Assembly (NCBI GenBank): GCA_951406725.2
Contig: OX597817.1
Coordinates: 34,224,001-34,288,000 of the forward strand
Origin: Octopus vulgaris
Lineage: Eukaryota
Length of the DNA: 64,000 bases
Reading direction: 5' to 3'
The notes beneath the pieces were generated by a model. It saw only the letters and a program-made list of their open reading frames with translations. It did no database searches and was not told the DNA's origin. The stretch's first letter is position 1. Each line of letters opens with the position of its first letter. Both the position numbers and the translations under genes were made by a program. Shown here piece by piece: positions 13,204 through 25,825 of the stretch.

Positions 13204-13354
13204 TTAAATATTAAAAATAATAGCTGTGTATCAAACTTAATGCACATGTATCATTAAAAGCGAAATTAACTGTGGTATTCATATGGTAATAATATCTGTC
13301 ATTGACATACTGTGTTTAATAACACAAATATATGAATGGAAGGCAAAAATTGCC

Positions 13355-13581
13355 CAGCAACAGTGGTGAGAATGCTAGGGGCACATTTCTGAGCTTTGTC
13401 AGTTGCATGTACTCACTGGCAACTGTCGGTTGGTTAATTGTAACATCAATGATTTTCCAGTCACTGTTTTCCTATATAAGCAATGATGGATTTTGTTTTC
13501 GGATACGGTTGTCAGTGAGTATATGCTACTGGCAAAGCCCATAGAAACAGAAAAACACATCTAGCAGTCTCACCTCTGCTG
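13355..13581. repeat. Imperfect foldback (MITE-like hairpin)
   Basis: Arms 13390-13426 / 13505-13541 and 13365-13378 / 13561-13574 are complementary. Confidence 0.8.
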
Positions 13582-13665
13582 CAAGACATTAATCATCTGA
13601 TAGTGATATATTTGTGTTATTTAACTCAGTGAATCCATAAGAGATATTATCTCCAGACAAATACT

Positions 13666-13897
13666 TATTTCTTTACTACCCACAAGGGGCTAGACACAAA
13701 GGGGACAAACAAGGACAGACACACAGATTAAGTCGATTACATCGACCCCAGTGCGTAACTGGTACTTAATTTATCGACCCCGAAAGGATGAAAGGTAAAG
13801 TCAACCTCGGCGGAATTTGAACTCAGAACATAACGGCAGACAAAATACTGTTGAGCATTTCGCCCGGCGTGCTAACGATTCTGCCAGCTCACTGCCA
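13666..13897 (-). mobile_element. SINE family A, full length
   Basis: Head, central domain and aaagaaata tail are all present. Confidence 0.9.
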
Positions 13898-14763
13898 TTT
13901 ACTGCTGTTAATTTGGTTCTTCATGGTGTATATGCATTAAATATGATGTATAGATAGCTATTTTAATCTAGTACTGTTTCTGTTACACATGATGGATTTA
14001 AAATAATATAAACCATAAAAAAGGATGTACCCTCCTTTGCCTTCTCCTTTCTTTCTTTCCCATGCTGGTATGGGTTGCATGAGACTTATTGACATAATAT
14101 TCTATGGCCACAAACCCGTCCTGTCTCCAGCCCTTGTTTTGCAAATGAGATATTTTTGTTCCATTGTCTTTCATGTACTCTGAAAATGCTGAGCTCTGGG
14201 GACGTGTTGTTTAGGAGAGACAAAAATATTGCCATTGGTTTTGCTTGAATGAGGGCAGTGTAAAGACACACGTGTATATCACAGGCTTCCATGCAGTTTC
14301 CACCTACTAAATTTCATTCACAAGACATTGAAACCGTAGTAGCAGATACTCAAGGTGCCACATAGTGAGATGGAACTCAGAACCACATGGTTGTGAATGA
14401 ACTTCAACTTTTTAACAACACAACTATGCCTGAACTTTTACAAATATGCAAATTCATGCTATGTATTTACAGCAAGAATATTCTGGAATTATAAATAAAA
14501 CTGCCAAATTCATTACCTTAATATTTGTAGGCCACTGTACACCTTTTTCCTTTTTAATCCTTTTGTATTGTCTTTTTATTCACCACTAAATTATTTACCA
14601 TTTTGGCACCTGAATTTATTGGATAACATGTTTTACATCTTTGTCGTCGTCACCATCACCATCACCACCACCACCACCACCACCACAACCATCACTACCA
14701 CTATCACCATCCTCTTCCTCCTTTGATGTCCATTTTCCATGCTGACATATGTGTCTCTCTATA

Positions 14764-14795
<32 letters not shown>

Positions 14796-14798
<3 letters not shown>

Positions 14799-14911
14799 TT
14801 CCAGGTTCAGTCCCACTGCATGACACCTTGGGCAAGTGTCTTCTACTATAGCCTCAGGCCAACCAAAACCTTGTGAATGCATTTGATAGACGGAATCTGA
14901 AAGAAGCTTAT

Positions 14912-14946
<35 letters not shown>

Positions 14947-15160
14947 ATTTGTGTCTGTTTGTCACCCCCACCTTCGCTTAACAACCAATGTTGATGTGTT
15001 TATGCCCCCATGACTTAGCGGTTCAGCAAAAAAAAGAGCAATAGAACAAGTACTAGGCTTACAAAGAATAAGTCTTGAGGTCGATTTCAACTAAAAAAAA
15101 ACAGCCTTTAAGGTGGTGCTCCAGCATGGCTGCAGTCAAATGACTGAAACAAGTAAAAGA
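14796..15160 (+). mobile_element. SINE family B with internal (GT)n
   Basis: ggttcagtcccactg, caccttgggcaagtgtcttctactatagcc, and tail tgactgaaacaagtaaaaga. Confidence 0.85.
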
Positions 15161-15771
15161 ATGTGTGTTCGTCTAATTTCAACAGATAATTGGGAATTAT
15201 ATAATTTGTAAAGAATTTACTTGCCATAAATTACTGATCTTGCTTGCATAGCAACTGACAATTCCTTACTGCCTTAATTATTATCATCTTCTTTCTTGTG
15301 CATGTGCATGCATACACATATGTACGGACGTACATACATACATAATTTATAGGCTAATTTCAAGGTTAACTTGCTAGTACAGACACTATGACCCCTCATA
15401 GACAGCTCACCAAATAATTAAATTTGATTAAGCTAAACACACTGATTTTAAGTGAAGCCAAGATAATGATTTGGTTTTAAATAACTGGTTGAATGTTTAT
15501 AATTAATAGTCTAAACTGACTTCTAATTCTGGTCTCCAATCCTGCTAAAGTCAGATTAATTTTTGCATTTATTTAGAACTGGTAATTTAAGAAATACACC
15601 GGAACCAATTGTACTGTACGATAAAAAGTCAACTTGTAAGATAAAGATAATTCTTTGGATTTTGTAGAGGAATTTTAGTGGAGGATGTACTGGATAGGTT
15701 TGGCATTATGTTTTCCATGTGAAGAAATTTGAATACAACACTGCAAGTTATTGAAACACTACTTATACAGT

Positions 15772-16105
15772 TTTTTACGGAGATGTACTTGCATAGCAAG
15801 TGACCTGATCTGAGATTGTGTGCTTGAATGAAAACAATTGTTTATAAAGCCATTTAAGAAACCCACAAAATCCATTAAATTCACTTCAACATTTAAATTT
15901 AATTTGTCAAAATATTTTTGTTGCTTTGAGACTGGACCTGTTCACTGACAAAATTCCATGCTGCATCAGGAATTTTGTCAGTGAACATGTCACGGTCTCA
16001 AAGCAACGAAAATATTTTGACAAATTAAATTTAAATGTTGAAGTGGATCTAACGAATTTTGTGTGTTTCTTAAATGGCTTATTAACACCTTCCATGCTGC
16101 AATTG
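15772..16105. mobile_element. Penelope-like inverted terminal-repeat element with two hammerhead-like motifs
   Basis: Arms 15847-15957 / 15969-16080; TSD tacttatacagt at 15760-15771 and 16106-16117; homologous to 25826-26030. Confidence 0.75.
15974..16024 (+). ncRNA. Minimal hammerhead-like motif, G3:C8 variant, decayed stem II
   Basis: TTTGTCA-GTGAACA-T-GTCAC..GCAAC-GAAA-ATAT-TT-TGACAAA. Confidence 0.55.
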
Positions 16106-16589
16106 TACTTATACAGTGTCTTATGGCTTACAGTGGTAAACTGTACATACTTATGACATGTACATATGACCTATTAGATTGAATTAAGTAAAGTTAAGTG
16201 TCTTTGTCATGGATTGAGTGCAGTATTGGAGACAGAATATGAACTGTTAACCTTTTGGTTTATATTCCAACATTATATTGACTTTCATGTGATTCACAGT
16301 ATATCAAGATAGGAGGTGAAATCTTGAAAATAAGTAGTTTTCACTTTCCATCAGGTCTTTAATTATTCACTTCCATTCTACAGAACTGACCCAGGCTACC
16401 TATTAATTGTAACATCTGTGGGAAACTGAACCTAGTAATTTCAGCTGTCAGTTTTAAGATAGGAATCTATTTTCTATTGATCACAACCATTAATAGTAAT
16501 CTCACTTAATTACTATTCTCTTTGACAAAACAGTAAGCCCTCTAAATCTTCCTATAATTCAAACTACTCAATAACACTGCTCATGCATT

Positions 16590-16800
16590 AATATGTCTTC
16601 AACTAGAATTAATACAAGAAAGGTGAAATTATAATATATCTGGTTAATATATAACTGAACTTTACAATTCCCATTAAATCTATTATAAATTCTAGCATTA
16701 CTTCTAGCATCCCCATACATAACTTGAACAGTCTTTGCAAATTCATTCATCCACTTTATTTCTTTTCCAATAAATTATACAACACATAAGTCTCTGACAA
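16590..16800 (-). mobile_element. Decayed RTE reverse transcriptase fragment
   Basis: EFAKTVQVMYGDARSNARI resembles the RTE motif EWLVRTVQAMYRDARSKVRI. Confidence 0.6.
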
Positions 16801-17899
16801 ATCTTTGTTTTGTTTAACTTTTTCTTCAAATTAAGCAAATGTAAAAGATTTTATGTTGCATTCAATTATTGATATATCCATAGCAGGTGCTAATATGCAT
16901 ATTGGCACTACAAACAGTTAATATTCCTGGCATAAATTTTTTTGTATCAAGCATAGAATTGGTTGCCCATTAGGCAAGACATTCAACTCAACTTAATGTG
17001 TTCATCTACAAAATAGAAACTTATCACGCTGGAGTTAATCTAATTCGGAGGAAAATTTGATTATATTTAGCTAAACACTTATGAAAACATTAACTTTAGT
17101 AACAAAAAAACACACTTTTATGTCTTTTTTTTTCCACAAGATTTTTATATGCAGCTCCAAACTGCTGGCCTTTTATTCTGATTTTTGTAGGAAATTTAAT
17201 ATCATTCAATTGGCAGAATCATTGTTGCAACAAAATACCACAAAATATTTTGCAGTATTTTATTACAGCCCTTTACATTCTGACTTCAAATGAAAGTTGC
17301 TTTTGCCTTTCATTCCTCTGGGGGTCAGCAACAAACTACTAGTCAAATTGAATTGGCTATACACTCCCTTGGAATTTGTAACCTTGTGCCAATACTAGAA
17401 ATCAGTATAGTTATCTCAGTTTCATGATGTAACTACAATGTTCCATATTTTAAAAAGGAAACTTTATTCTCCTTCAACCCCCTCATATTCTCTTTTCATT
17501 GATGGCTAATAAAAGATTGAATTTAAAATAACTTTGCTGTATTTGCATTTATTGTTTAAATATAAATATACATTGCATGCAAATATATATACATACATAT
17601 GTATGAACATATACACATACATTATAATGTTAGGCTCTATAAATTTGTATTACAATAGTCAAACAGTAATAATAATAACAACAAACCTTTTTAATTTATC
17701 CCCATTTATGTGAAACCACTTATTCAAGTTCAAGTCATTGATGCAATTTTATACGAATTGCTAATACACACACACACACACATAATAAGGGTGAAAAATT
17801 GAATTTTAATTTGATTAATATCAATTGAAAACCAGTGGTGTAGCATATAAGACCATAGCGGATCTTCCTCTAGCAAAAACGATGACCACTATTAATGGC

Positions 17900-18208
17900 T
17901 CATCCCTGTTATATAATACTTTCACTTTAAAGTTTCACACTTGCAAAGAGAAAGTAGGAGAAAGTGTGGTGGTAATAGCAAGAGTAAACCACTTGAAATG
18001 AGAGAGGGAAATCGTAAAATATCGAGTTTTCTCGAATTTTTGCTTAATTGGGGGTCAAATTGAAAAAACTTTACATGCCATGACCCAATGGAATCTACTT
18101 GGAAAAATCATAGGTAAATTCCAATTGAAGAAATTCTATATTGTACAATTGTATAAAAACGAACGATTTGGGAGGCAGAGAAAATCTGCCTTTTATCATA
18201 AGAGATAT
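17900..18208 (-). mobile_element. Helitron-like 5' fragment
   Basis: Minus-strand start aTCTCTTATGATAAAAGGCAG; CpG-retaining block. Confidence 0.4.
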
Positions 18209-18211
18209 ATT

Positions 18212-18520
18212 CTTTTATTCATTTACTTGTTTCAGTCATTAGATTACGGCCATGCTGGGGCACTGCCTTGAAGAACTTAAGTCAAATGAATTGACCCCAA
18301 TACTACTGGGACATATACACACCAACACCAGTTGTCAAGCAGTGGTGGAGGACAAACACAGATACACACACACACACACATATGATGGGCTTCTTTCAGT
18401 TTCCGTCTACCAAATCCATTTACAACAAAATCTTGGTCAACCTGAGACTATATTAAAAGGTGCCACACAGTGTAACTGAACCCAGAACCGTGTAGTTGGG
18501 AAGCAAGCTTCTTACCTGTA
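18212..18520 (-). mobile_element. SINE family B, partly deleted
   Basis: Similar to 38088-38491. Confidence 0.75.
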
Positions 18521-19009
18521 AGCACATAATATATATGTATAATCATACATAATCATACAAAAAACAACAGAATCTATATTGGCAGGCATTAATATAAGTA
18601 CTACTATGAAACTCTTGACTTTGAAATCTCCCAGTTTCATATGTTACGTAGGCAACCATCATTTACATACACAATGATCAGTAGAGAATATAGATCTTAT
18701 AATCATATATATTTAATGCTGTGTTACTTGTTTTCTTTTGTAATTGAAACAAAATACAATAGAATAAATTCAACAACCAAAAGTAATTATAAAGGCTGTA
18801 TACTTTCAACATTTCTAGGAAAATGTATGTAAACAAAATAACAGTATGAAGTCCTCTGCTTATTTAATGAAATCTTGCCGTATATATAATTATATATGAA
18901 TGTGAATATCACAAGAGTTTTCAGTGTCTTGAAATAGAGCTAATTAAGCTATGCCTATAGTTAAACATCTAAATATTTAAAGGAACAACATAATTTATAT
19001 GCATAAACA

Positions 19010-19206
19010 TTGGTTTCAAATTTTGACATAAGGCCTGCAAGTTTGGTTATATTAACCCCAGTGTTCAACTGGTACTTATTTTATTGACTTTAAAAGAATG
19101 AAAGGTGAAGTGAACCTCAGCGGAATTTGAAATCAGGGCATAAAAATGGATGAAATGCCACTAAAGTATTTTAACTGGCATGCTGATTCTGCCAGCTTCC
19201 TGCCTT
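19010..19206 (-). mobile_element. SINE family A
   Basis: gaatgaaaggtgaagtgaacctcagcggaatttgaa. Confidence 0.75.
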
Positions 19207-19953
19207 TCATCATCTTCATCTTCATTTAACATCCTTCTTCCATGCTGGCATGGGTTTGGTGGTTTGACAAGAGCTGACCAGGCAGAAGACTGCACCAGAC
19301 TTCTGTGTCTGTTTTGGCATAGTTTTTACAGCAGGATGCCCTTCCTAACACCAACCACCCAGCAGTGTGAAATGAGTGCTTTTTATATGGCACGGGCCCA
19401 GGTGAGGTCAGTTTTGGCATGGTTTTTACAGCTGGATGTCCTTCCAAATGCCAACCACTTTACAGTGTGGGCTGGATGCTTTTTACATGGCCTTTATCAT
19501 CATCATCATCATCATTGTTGTTTAACATCCGCTTTCCATGCTAGCATGGGTTGGGCGATTTGACTGAGAGCTGGCAAACCAGATGGCTACACCAGTCTCC
19601 AATCTTGATCTGGCAGAGTTTCTACAGCTTGATGCCCTCCTAACGCCAACCACTCCGAGAGTGTAGTGGGTGCTTTTACATGCCACCAGCACGGGGGCCA
19701 GTCAGGCGGCACTGGCAACGACTTTGCTTGAATATTTTTACACAAGCCACCAGCACAAGTGCCAGTAAGGTGACGCTGGTAACAATCACACTCGAATGGT
19801 GCCTTTTACGTGCCATCGGCACAGAAGCCAATTAGCTGCTCTGGCAACGATCACGCTCAGATGGTGCTCTTAGCACCCTACTAGCATGGTGCACAAGTGC
19901 CTGTAAGGCGACACTGGTAATGATCACACTCGAATGGTGCCTTTTATGTGCCA
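19207..19953 (-). mobile_element. Two RTE 3'-UTR tails (family C) with ~60-bp subrepeats
   Basis: (CAT)n tails at about 19207 and 19497, Meta-like domain, repeated atggtgccttttacgtgcca. Confidence 0.85.
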
Positions 19954-20294
19954 TACAAATATTAAAATATATATTTGTTCAAGACTCCAGTCTTTGAGAT
20001 CTCAGTATCTCATGTAACACACACAATCATCAATGGATGAAAGAAGTCTTATAAACATACACAGTATGTTTTAATAAACTCTATCTCATTATGCATTCAT
20101 AACATGCTAAGTTAGCTTTATCAACTTTCATCTTTGCAAAATTGATGAGAAATTTCCCTAAATCACTGGAGCTTTAACAGCACTGATACCTTTCATTTGA
20201 TTACAAATGGTACTCACTGCCTTACCTCATAGAAAATTTAATAACAGTCTACTTGTAATTATACTGCAATCTTAACTTCAGCACTCATCATAAA

Positions 20295-20335
<41 letters not shown>

Positions 20336-20849
20336 TTCTTTCTGAAACACATACAGATATACAGTGGTAGTAACAGCTGTAAGGGGTTTATGAATCTTTT
20401 AATCTGCATGGAAAGAATTCATCTAGCAATAAATAAATATTTAGACCTATCAAGAGATATTTCACCGGAACCTATAATTTACATTAACAAAGATTTAACA
20501 ATGACCTGAAAGAAAATGAAAAATTCTTCAATACACAGAACAACCCCATCTCATAATCATAATGGCTACAACAAAACCATATAATCATAGAACAAATAAA
20601 GATCAGGAGAGTTGAAAAGCTGCATGTTCAAGGCAATGATCTCCTTTCAAAGGATCAGTGTTTGCTTATTATAGTGACGCTAATAATCTAAATGGAACAG
20701 CTTGTCACATTCAGCTGTTGAATGTTGTTCTATGGAAGAAAATGTATACCGGACTCGTTAATTAAACGGCTGCCATAAAAAATGGAATTTATTGTTAATT
20801 TTATTGGTCTATTAATTGAACTGGCTTCTCAGATTCAATGGATCATACA

Positions 20850-20909
<60 letters not shown>

Positions 20910-21014
20910 TCTGTTTGTCTATCTATCTCTGTACACACACACGTGCACACACATGCAGACACATACATAACATTATGTGAGAACACTCAATACCAAACTA
21001 GTAGTATAGTTTAA

Positions 21015-21166
21015 TTATGTAATGCAATCAAGTACTAGTTTATGAGCTACAGATAATTTGTACTTCGTGTAATAGTTGCATAATACAATCATTAGGTTCA
21101 TTGGTACTGCTGTCATCTTCCTTCTTGGCAAAAGAAGGTGGAACTGTTGATAATGTCCAATGTATT
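21015..21166 (-). CDS. Tentative terminal exon of an unknown minus-strand gene
   Basis: Long pyrimidine tract then ccag|. Phase-1 open frame (E)YIGHYQQFHLLLPRRKMT..LDCIT* in non-repetitive DNA. Confidence 0.3.
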
Positions 21167-21670
21167 CTGGACACCAAAGGTTATAGAATCAGAAGAGGAT
21201 AAAAGTGAAAGGGAAAAGGCAAATGAATCTGCATTCTCATTTTAGGAGTTCTTTCCTTTATATGTACGAAAATTTTGTATAATTAAAAAGACTTGCGTGA
21301 ACATGTGTAATATTTATGATTATATCAGCCGTTTTTCTTCATGTGTAATTGTGGATTTGCATCATATGATAATTTTTATGTTTAGGGTTCAACTATCAAT
21401 TAAGAAAGTTAAGAAGTTTGCTTTGCAACTACATGGTTTCATGTTCAATCCCACTTCACAGCACCTACATCAGCAATTATCTTCTTCCTTAGCTCTGAGT
21501 CGGCCAAAGCCTTGCGAGTGAAGTTTGGCTAATAAGAAATGTCTGGAGGCCCTTTGGAGTGATCCTTCTTGTTCTTGAATGGTAGACTTAATCCTTTGTC
21601 AAATTTAACTGTTACCTGGTGTATTTATTCAGTTACAAGAACTTGGGCCAGATCTTTAAACTGAAGTTAC

Positions 21671-21731
21671 CTCTTTGCTTCCATTTACCAGTCAGAGGGT
21701 CATGGATGTTTCTCTTCCATCCCAATTCTGG
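21671..21731 (-). CDS. Tentative internal exon (PELGWKRNIHDPLTGKWKQR)
   Basis: Poly-T..atag| acceptor and GAG|gtaact donor; phases 0/1 fit both neighbours. Confidence 0.35.
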
Positions 21732-21840
21732 CTATGTCATCAGAAAAAAAAAAACATTGGCCACAAACACAATTTAATGTGTATTAAGTAATATTCAAGA
21801 TTTCAAAACCTAAAACTTGTTATTTTTCTTTTTTTATTTA

Positions 21841-22135
21841 TGAGCCCTTTTCAAGCCTAGCCAGGCTCATGGGCCCAGTTTCTATGGCATATATGTTCCC
21901 CCAGCTGGACGGGATGCCAGTCCATCGCAGTGTTACTCAAGAAACAGGAAGAAAGAGTGAGAGAAAGTTGGGGCGAAAGAGTACAACAGGGGTTGCCACC
22001 ACACCCTGCCAGAGCCTCATGGAGCTTTAGGTGTTTTCACTCAATAAACACACACAACGCCCGGTCTGGGAATTGAAACTGTGATCCTCCAACCACAAGT
22101 CCGCTGTCATAACCACTGGGCCATTGTACCTCCAC
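21841..22135 (-). mobile_element. SINE family E variant
   Basis: Head as 44826-45204, tail as 52860-52950. Confidence 0.8.
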
Positions 22136-22640
22136 ATAAAACCTGTTATACCAAAGTATATAGTGCAGAGAGGCAAATCAGTGTGGGAGTACAAAACCAG
22201 TAAAGGAACTTCTATATAGTCACATGAGCCTCTGAAAATAACAGCCAAACCTTACTCAATAGAATACCTACTATTTTTTTAAAAGTGACCATATGTTTTA
22301 TGTTATAAATCTCAAAAATAAAAACTGTATGAGTACAATCAGAATTTTTGTTAAAAGTTTTATTCTGTAGCATGGTCCTTCTCTAGTGGGGCTGAAAGAG
22401 TTGTCCAGCTCTACCTTAACCATTGATTATAGGTCTGCCCAGTTAAAAACTAAACAGCTACAACAACTGAAAACCTCTTTTTTTATCATCTAATTAATTT
22501 TGGCCCAAGAGTAGAACATCAATTAAAAAAATATATTCATCAGTATCAATGCTAAGTAGTGTTTAGACATAAATGAACTTTAGATGAGTTAAAATGTTTG
22601 TGACATATTTCAACTTCTAAAGGTAAATTCACTGAGTTAC

Positions 22641-22840
22641 TGTGCAGAAAAAATTCTCTCTTATTGTAAAAGGTGTGAAAACACCATATCTGCCCATGGT
22701 AAAAGGTGTAAAAACATCACATCTGTTCGTGCTTCCCCTTATTGGATTCCCAGATGAATTTCTAGCTTTTGAGTCATTATCAATGGGAAATACTGAAGAG
22801 AGGCAATCCTGAACAGACTTAATTAAAGCTGTAGCTTTAA
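22641..22840 (-). CDS. Tentative internal exon (VKATALIKSVQDCL..RENFFCT)
   Basis: tattttttag| acceptor, ACA|gtaact donor, open frame, and an in-frame 33-bp duplication. Confidence 0.35.
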
Positions 22841-23341
22841 CTAAAAAATATAGCATTAAATGATGAAGAACATTACTTATCTTTGTTGTCACCATTTTAA
22901 TAACCACTTTTCCATGTTCATGTGGGTTACATGAAATTTGTTGAATGATTTTCTATGACAAGCCCTCATCCATATATTTCTAAGCAAAATCATATTTCTC
23001 CATAGCCAGACAGGCTTCTATAGAAGACTACAAGCAAACAGGATTACCTGCATGATGGTGACACTTGTTTACAACCATTGCACGATGTTGAGTCAAGGAG
23101 ACAAAACATACATATGCACACACACACACATACACATTCACTCACACCCACGCACACATATACATGCATAGATGACAGGTTTCTTTCTACCAAATCCACT
23201 CACAAGGCTTTGATCAGCCTGGACTAAAGTATAAGACAGTGGTCAGCCTGGGCTATAGTAAAAGATAATTTCCCAAGATACCATACAGTGGAACGGAACC
23301 ATATGGATGGGAAGCAAACTTCTTAACTGCACAGCTATACC

Positions 23342-23704
23342 TGGTGATCTCATTCTTGCTCACAACATCATAAGCGGAAAATGTAACCTCTCGAAAGAGC
23401 TGTTCTTCACTCCTGCTCCAGAGCGTCGGCTGCGGGGTCACTCCGAAAAGCTCTATCTACAACGATTTCATCTCAATCGAAGGAGAGGGGCTTTCTCCAT
23501 CCGGGTTGCGGATCCATGGATTAAGCTGCCGGACGAGATGGTGAAGATGCCGACGACCGCTCGATTCAAAGTCTCCCTTGACCTCAAGTGGCCTGAACTC
23601 TTTACATGAACACCACCCTGTACATAACTCCATGTCTCCCTACATGGCCTTGCTTTTTGCTTTTTGAGCCAAAAATTAACTAACTAACTAACTAACTAAC
23701 TAAC
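23342..23704 (+). mobile_element. CR1-type LINE 3' end
   Basis: GDLILAHNII..LRGHSEKL..RRGAFSIRVADPWIKLP and a (TAAC)n tail. Confidence 0.9.
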
Positions 23705-24603
23705 CTGCACCTGTTACCTTAATTATTAATTTCCTCTAATTCATAGCTTCCGACAAGACAAATAAAATGTTGATGAGAAGTTACAAGTCTGGACAAACGT
23801 AATTCTTATACAAAATAATGCAAGTTATATTTCTAGCATAACAAAATTCTTACCAGTTCTTCATTTTCTTTTTTCTTTATCTAGTTTTGTACCTTTCCTC
23901 ATTATTTAAATCCTGCTATGAGATGGCTTTGACTTTCATCTATCCATAGTTGTTGATAAAATAAGAGTCAGTAATATAGTGAGGTCAACCTAATTGATTG
24001 TATACCTCTCCCTTATAAAAATTGACTCTGGCTTTAATCAAAAGAAATTATCCTCAGTCAGAGACTGAAAGAATGTGTGTGTGTGTGTGTACATTTGTGT
24101 ATTTGCACATGTGTGTATGTGTGTGTACATATGTTTTTGTCTTTTTTTTTTTGTTCTGAATATTCTTTGATATAACATTTTAAAAAAGGCAATGTGTGCA
24201 AACACTCAGCTATGAATACCAAACATTTAAACTTCAGTAATTTGAAATTTAAATGTTTAGACATTTAGAAAGTAGCACCAAAAATCCTGTACATAATTAG
24301 CTGGTTTCTTAAACAGATTTTTATTTTTATTTATTTACAAATTGTTGTGGATTCTTTTGATCTGACTTGTATTGGAGAATAAATCTTGTAGCTCATAAAT
24401 TAAGTTACCTACTTCAATATATCACTGAGATGTTGTTTCATCAAGCTGGTAGAGATGCCAAAGCGCTGAGATGAAGTGATTTATAGCTTTTAGTTTCACC
24501 TAGCTCCATCCTGAGTTCAAAATCTACTCAGAACTACGTTTTCTTTCATTCCTTCAGCAAAAGACACTGAGTACCAGTAACACACTAGAGTAGATTTAAC
24601 CCT

Positions 24604-25013
24604 TATTTCTTTATTGCCCACAAGGGGCTAAACATAGAGGGGACAAACAAAGACAGACAAAGGGATTAAGTCTATTACATCAACCCCAGTGTGTAACTGG
24701 TACTTAATTTATCGACCCCGAAAGGATGAAAGGCAAAGTCGACCTCGGTGGAATTTGAACTCAGAATGTAACGACAGATGAAATACCTGTTTCTTTATTA
24801 CCCACAAGGGGCTAAACATTAAGGGGACAAACAAGGACAGACAAACGAATTAAATCGATTACATTGACCCCCAGTGCGTAACTGGTACTTAATTTATCAA
24901 CCCCGAAAGGATGAAAGGCAAAGTCAACCTTGGCGGAATTTGAACTCAGAACGTAACGGCAGACGAAATACGGCTACGTATTTCGCTTGGCGTGCTAACA
25001 GTTCTGCCGGCGA
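24604..25013 (-). mobile_element. SINE family A partial tandem dimer
   Basis: Full copy 24788-25013 runs into a second 3' part; flanks ttaaccctt on both sides. Confidence 0.9.
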
Positions 25014-25169
25014 GCTTAACCCTTTAGCTCTTTAACCCTTTAGCCCTTTACCTGTCCTTTTAACCCTTTACCTGTCCAAAACACTTTCATAAGTTTGTCC
25101 TGAATGTCCATGCTTATTTCCAGACTTTTAATTGATTCTTGTTGCATATGTTCTGATTAGCATAAATTT

Positions 25170-25790
25170 TTCTTTTCATGAGTCCCAACTTACTCTAGTG
25201 GTTGAATAAAATTGAGAATGTGTATCATATATGATGTATGGAGACCAGGGAAATATGTTCTGTATATAACATATGATGCCCATAATAGGCAAAGGGTCAA
25301 TATAGGATTCATGTGCAAGATGTTACATTGGATTGGATTTATCTTCAGTGATGTTCCACATCCAAGCTACATGGATTTAGATCTGGTGAGCTAGAAGGCC
25401 AGAATTTTAGGGGGACAAATAGTTGAAGTTTCCTCTTCAAATGATCCTGTATATGCTTTGAACCACATTCTGGTGCAGAGTCTTGGATGAACATAAAACT
25501 CCATTTGGATCATAATGTTTAGCAATTCGTAGTATCAAAATTTTATCAAGGATGTTGAAATTCTCAGTTCTGTTGATATTAAGATCAGCCTCAATTAAAC
25601 GGAATTGACATAATCGACATTATTAGTCGCAGTTCAAGCATTTAAAGTCTTGTTCTTTTTATTTATTGGGTATTTTTTTTTAGCTCTCCTTTATTTTTGG
25701 ATTACAAAATTATAATCTTTAAATGTGACATTATGCAATGGTCATGAATCCAAGAAAGGCTACACTTCTTGTAGCATCATCTTCTTCAAG
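25170..25790 (-). mobile_element. Tc1/mariner transposase relic (maT/DD37D-like)
   Basis: FIQDSAPECGSKHIQDHLKRKLQLFVPLKFWPSSSPDLNPC at about 25365-25495; outer boundaries approximate. Confidence 0.75.
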
Positions 25791-25825
25791 ACGACAGGAA
25801 ACACATTATTAGATTTTTTTTTTTT

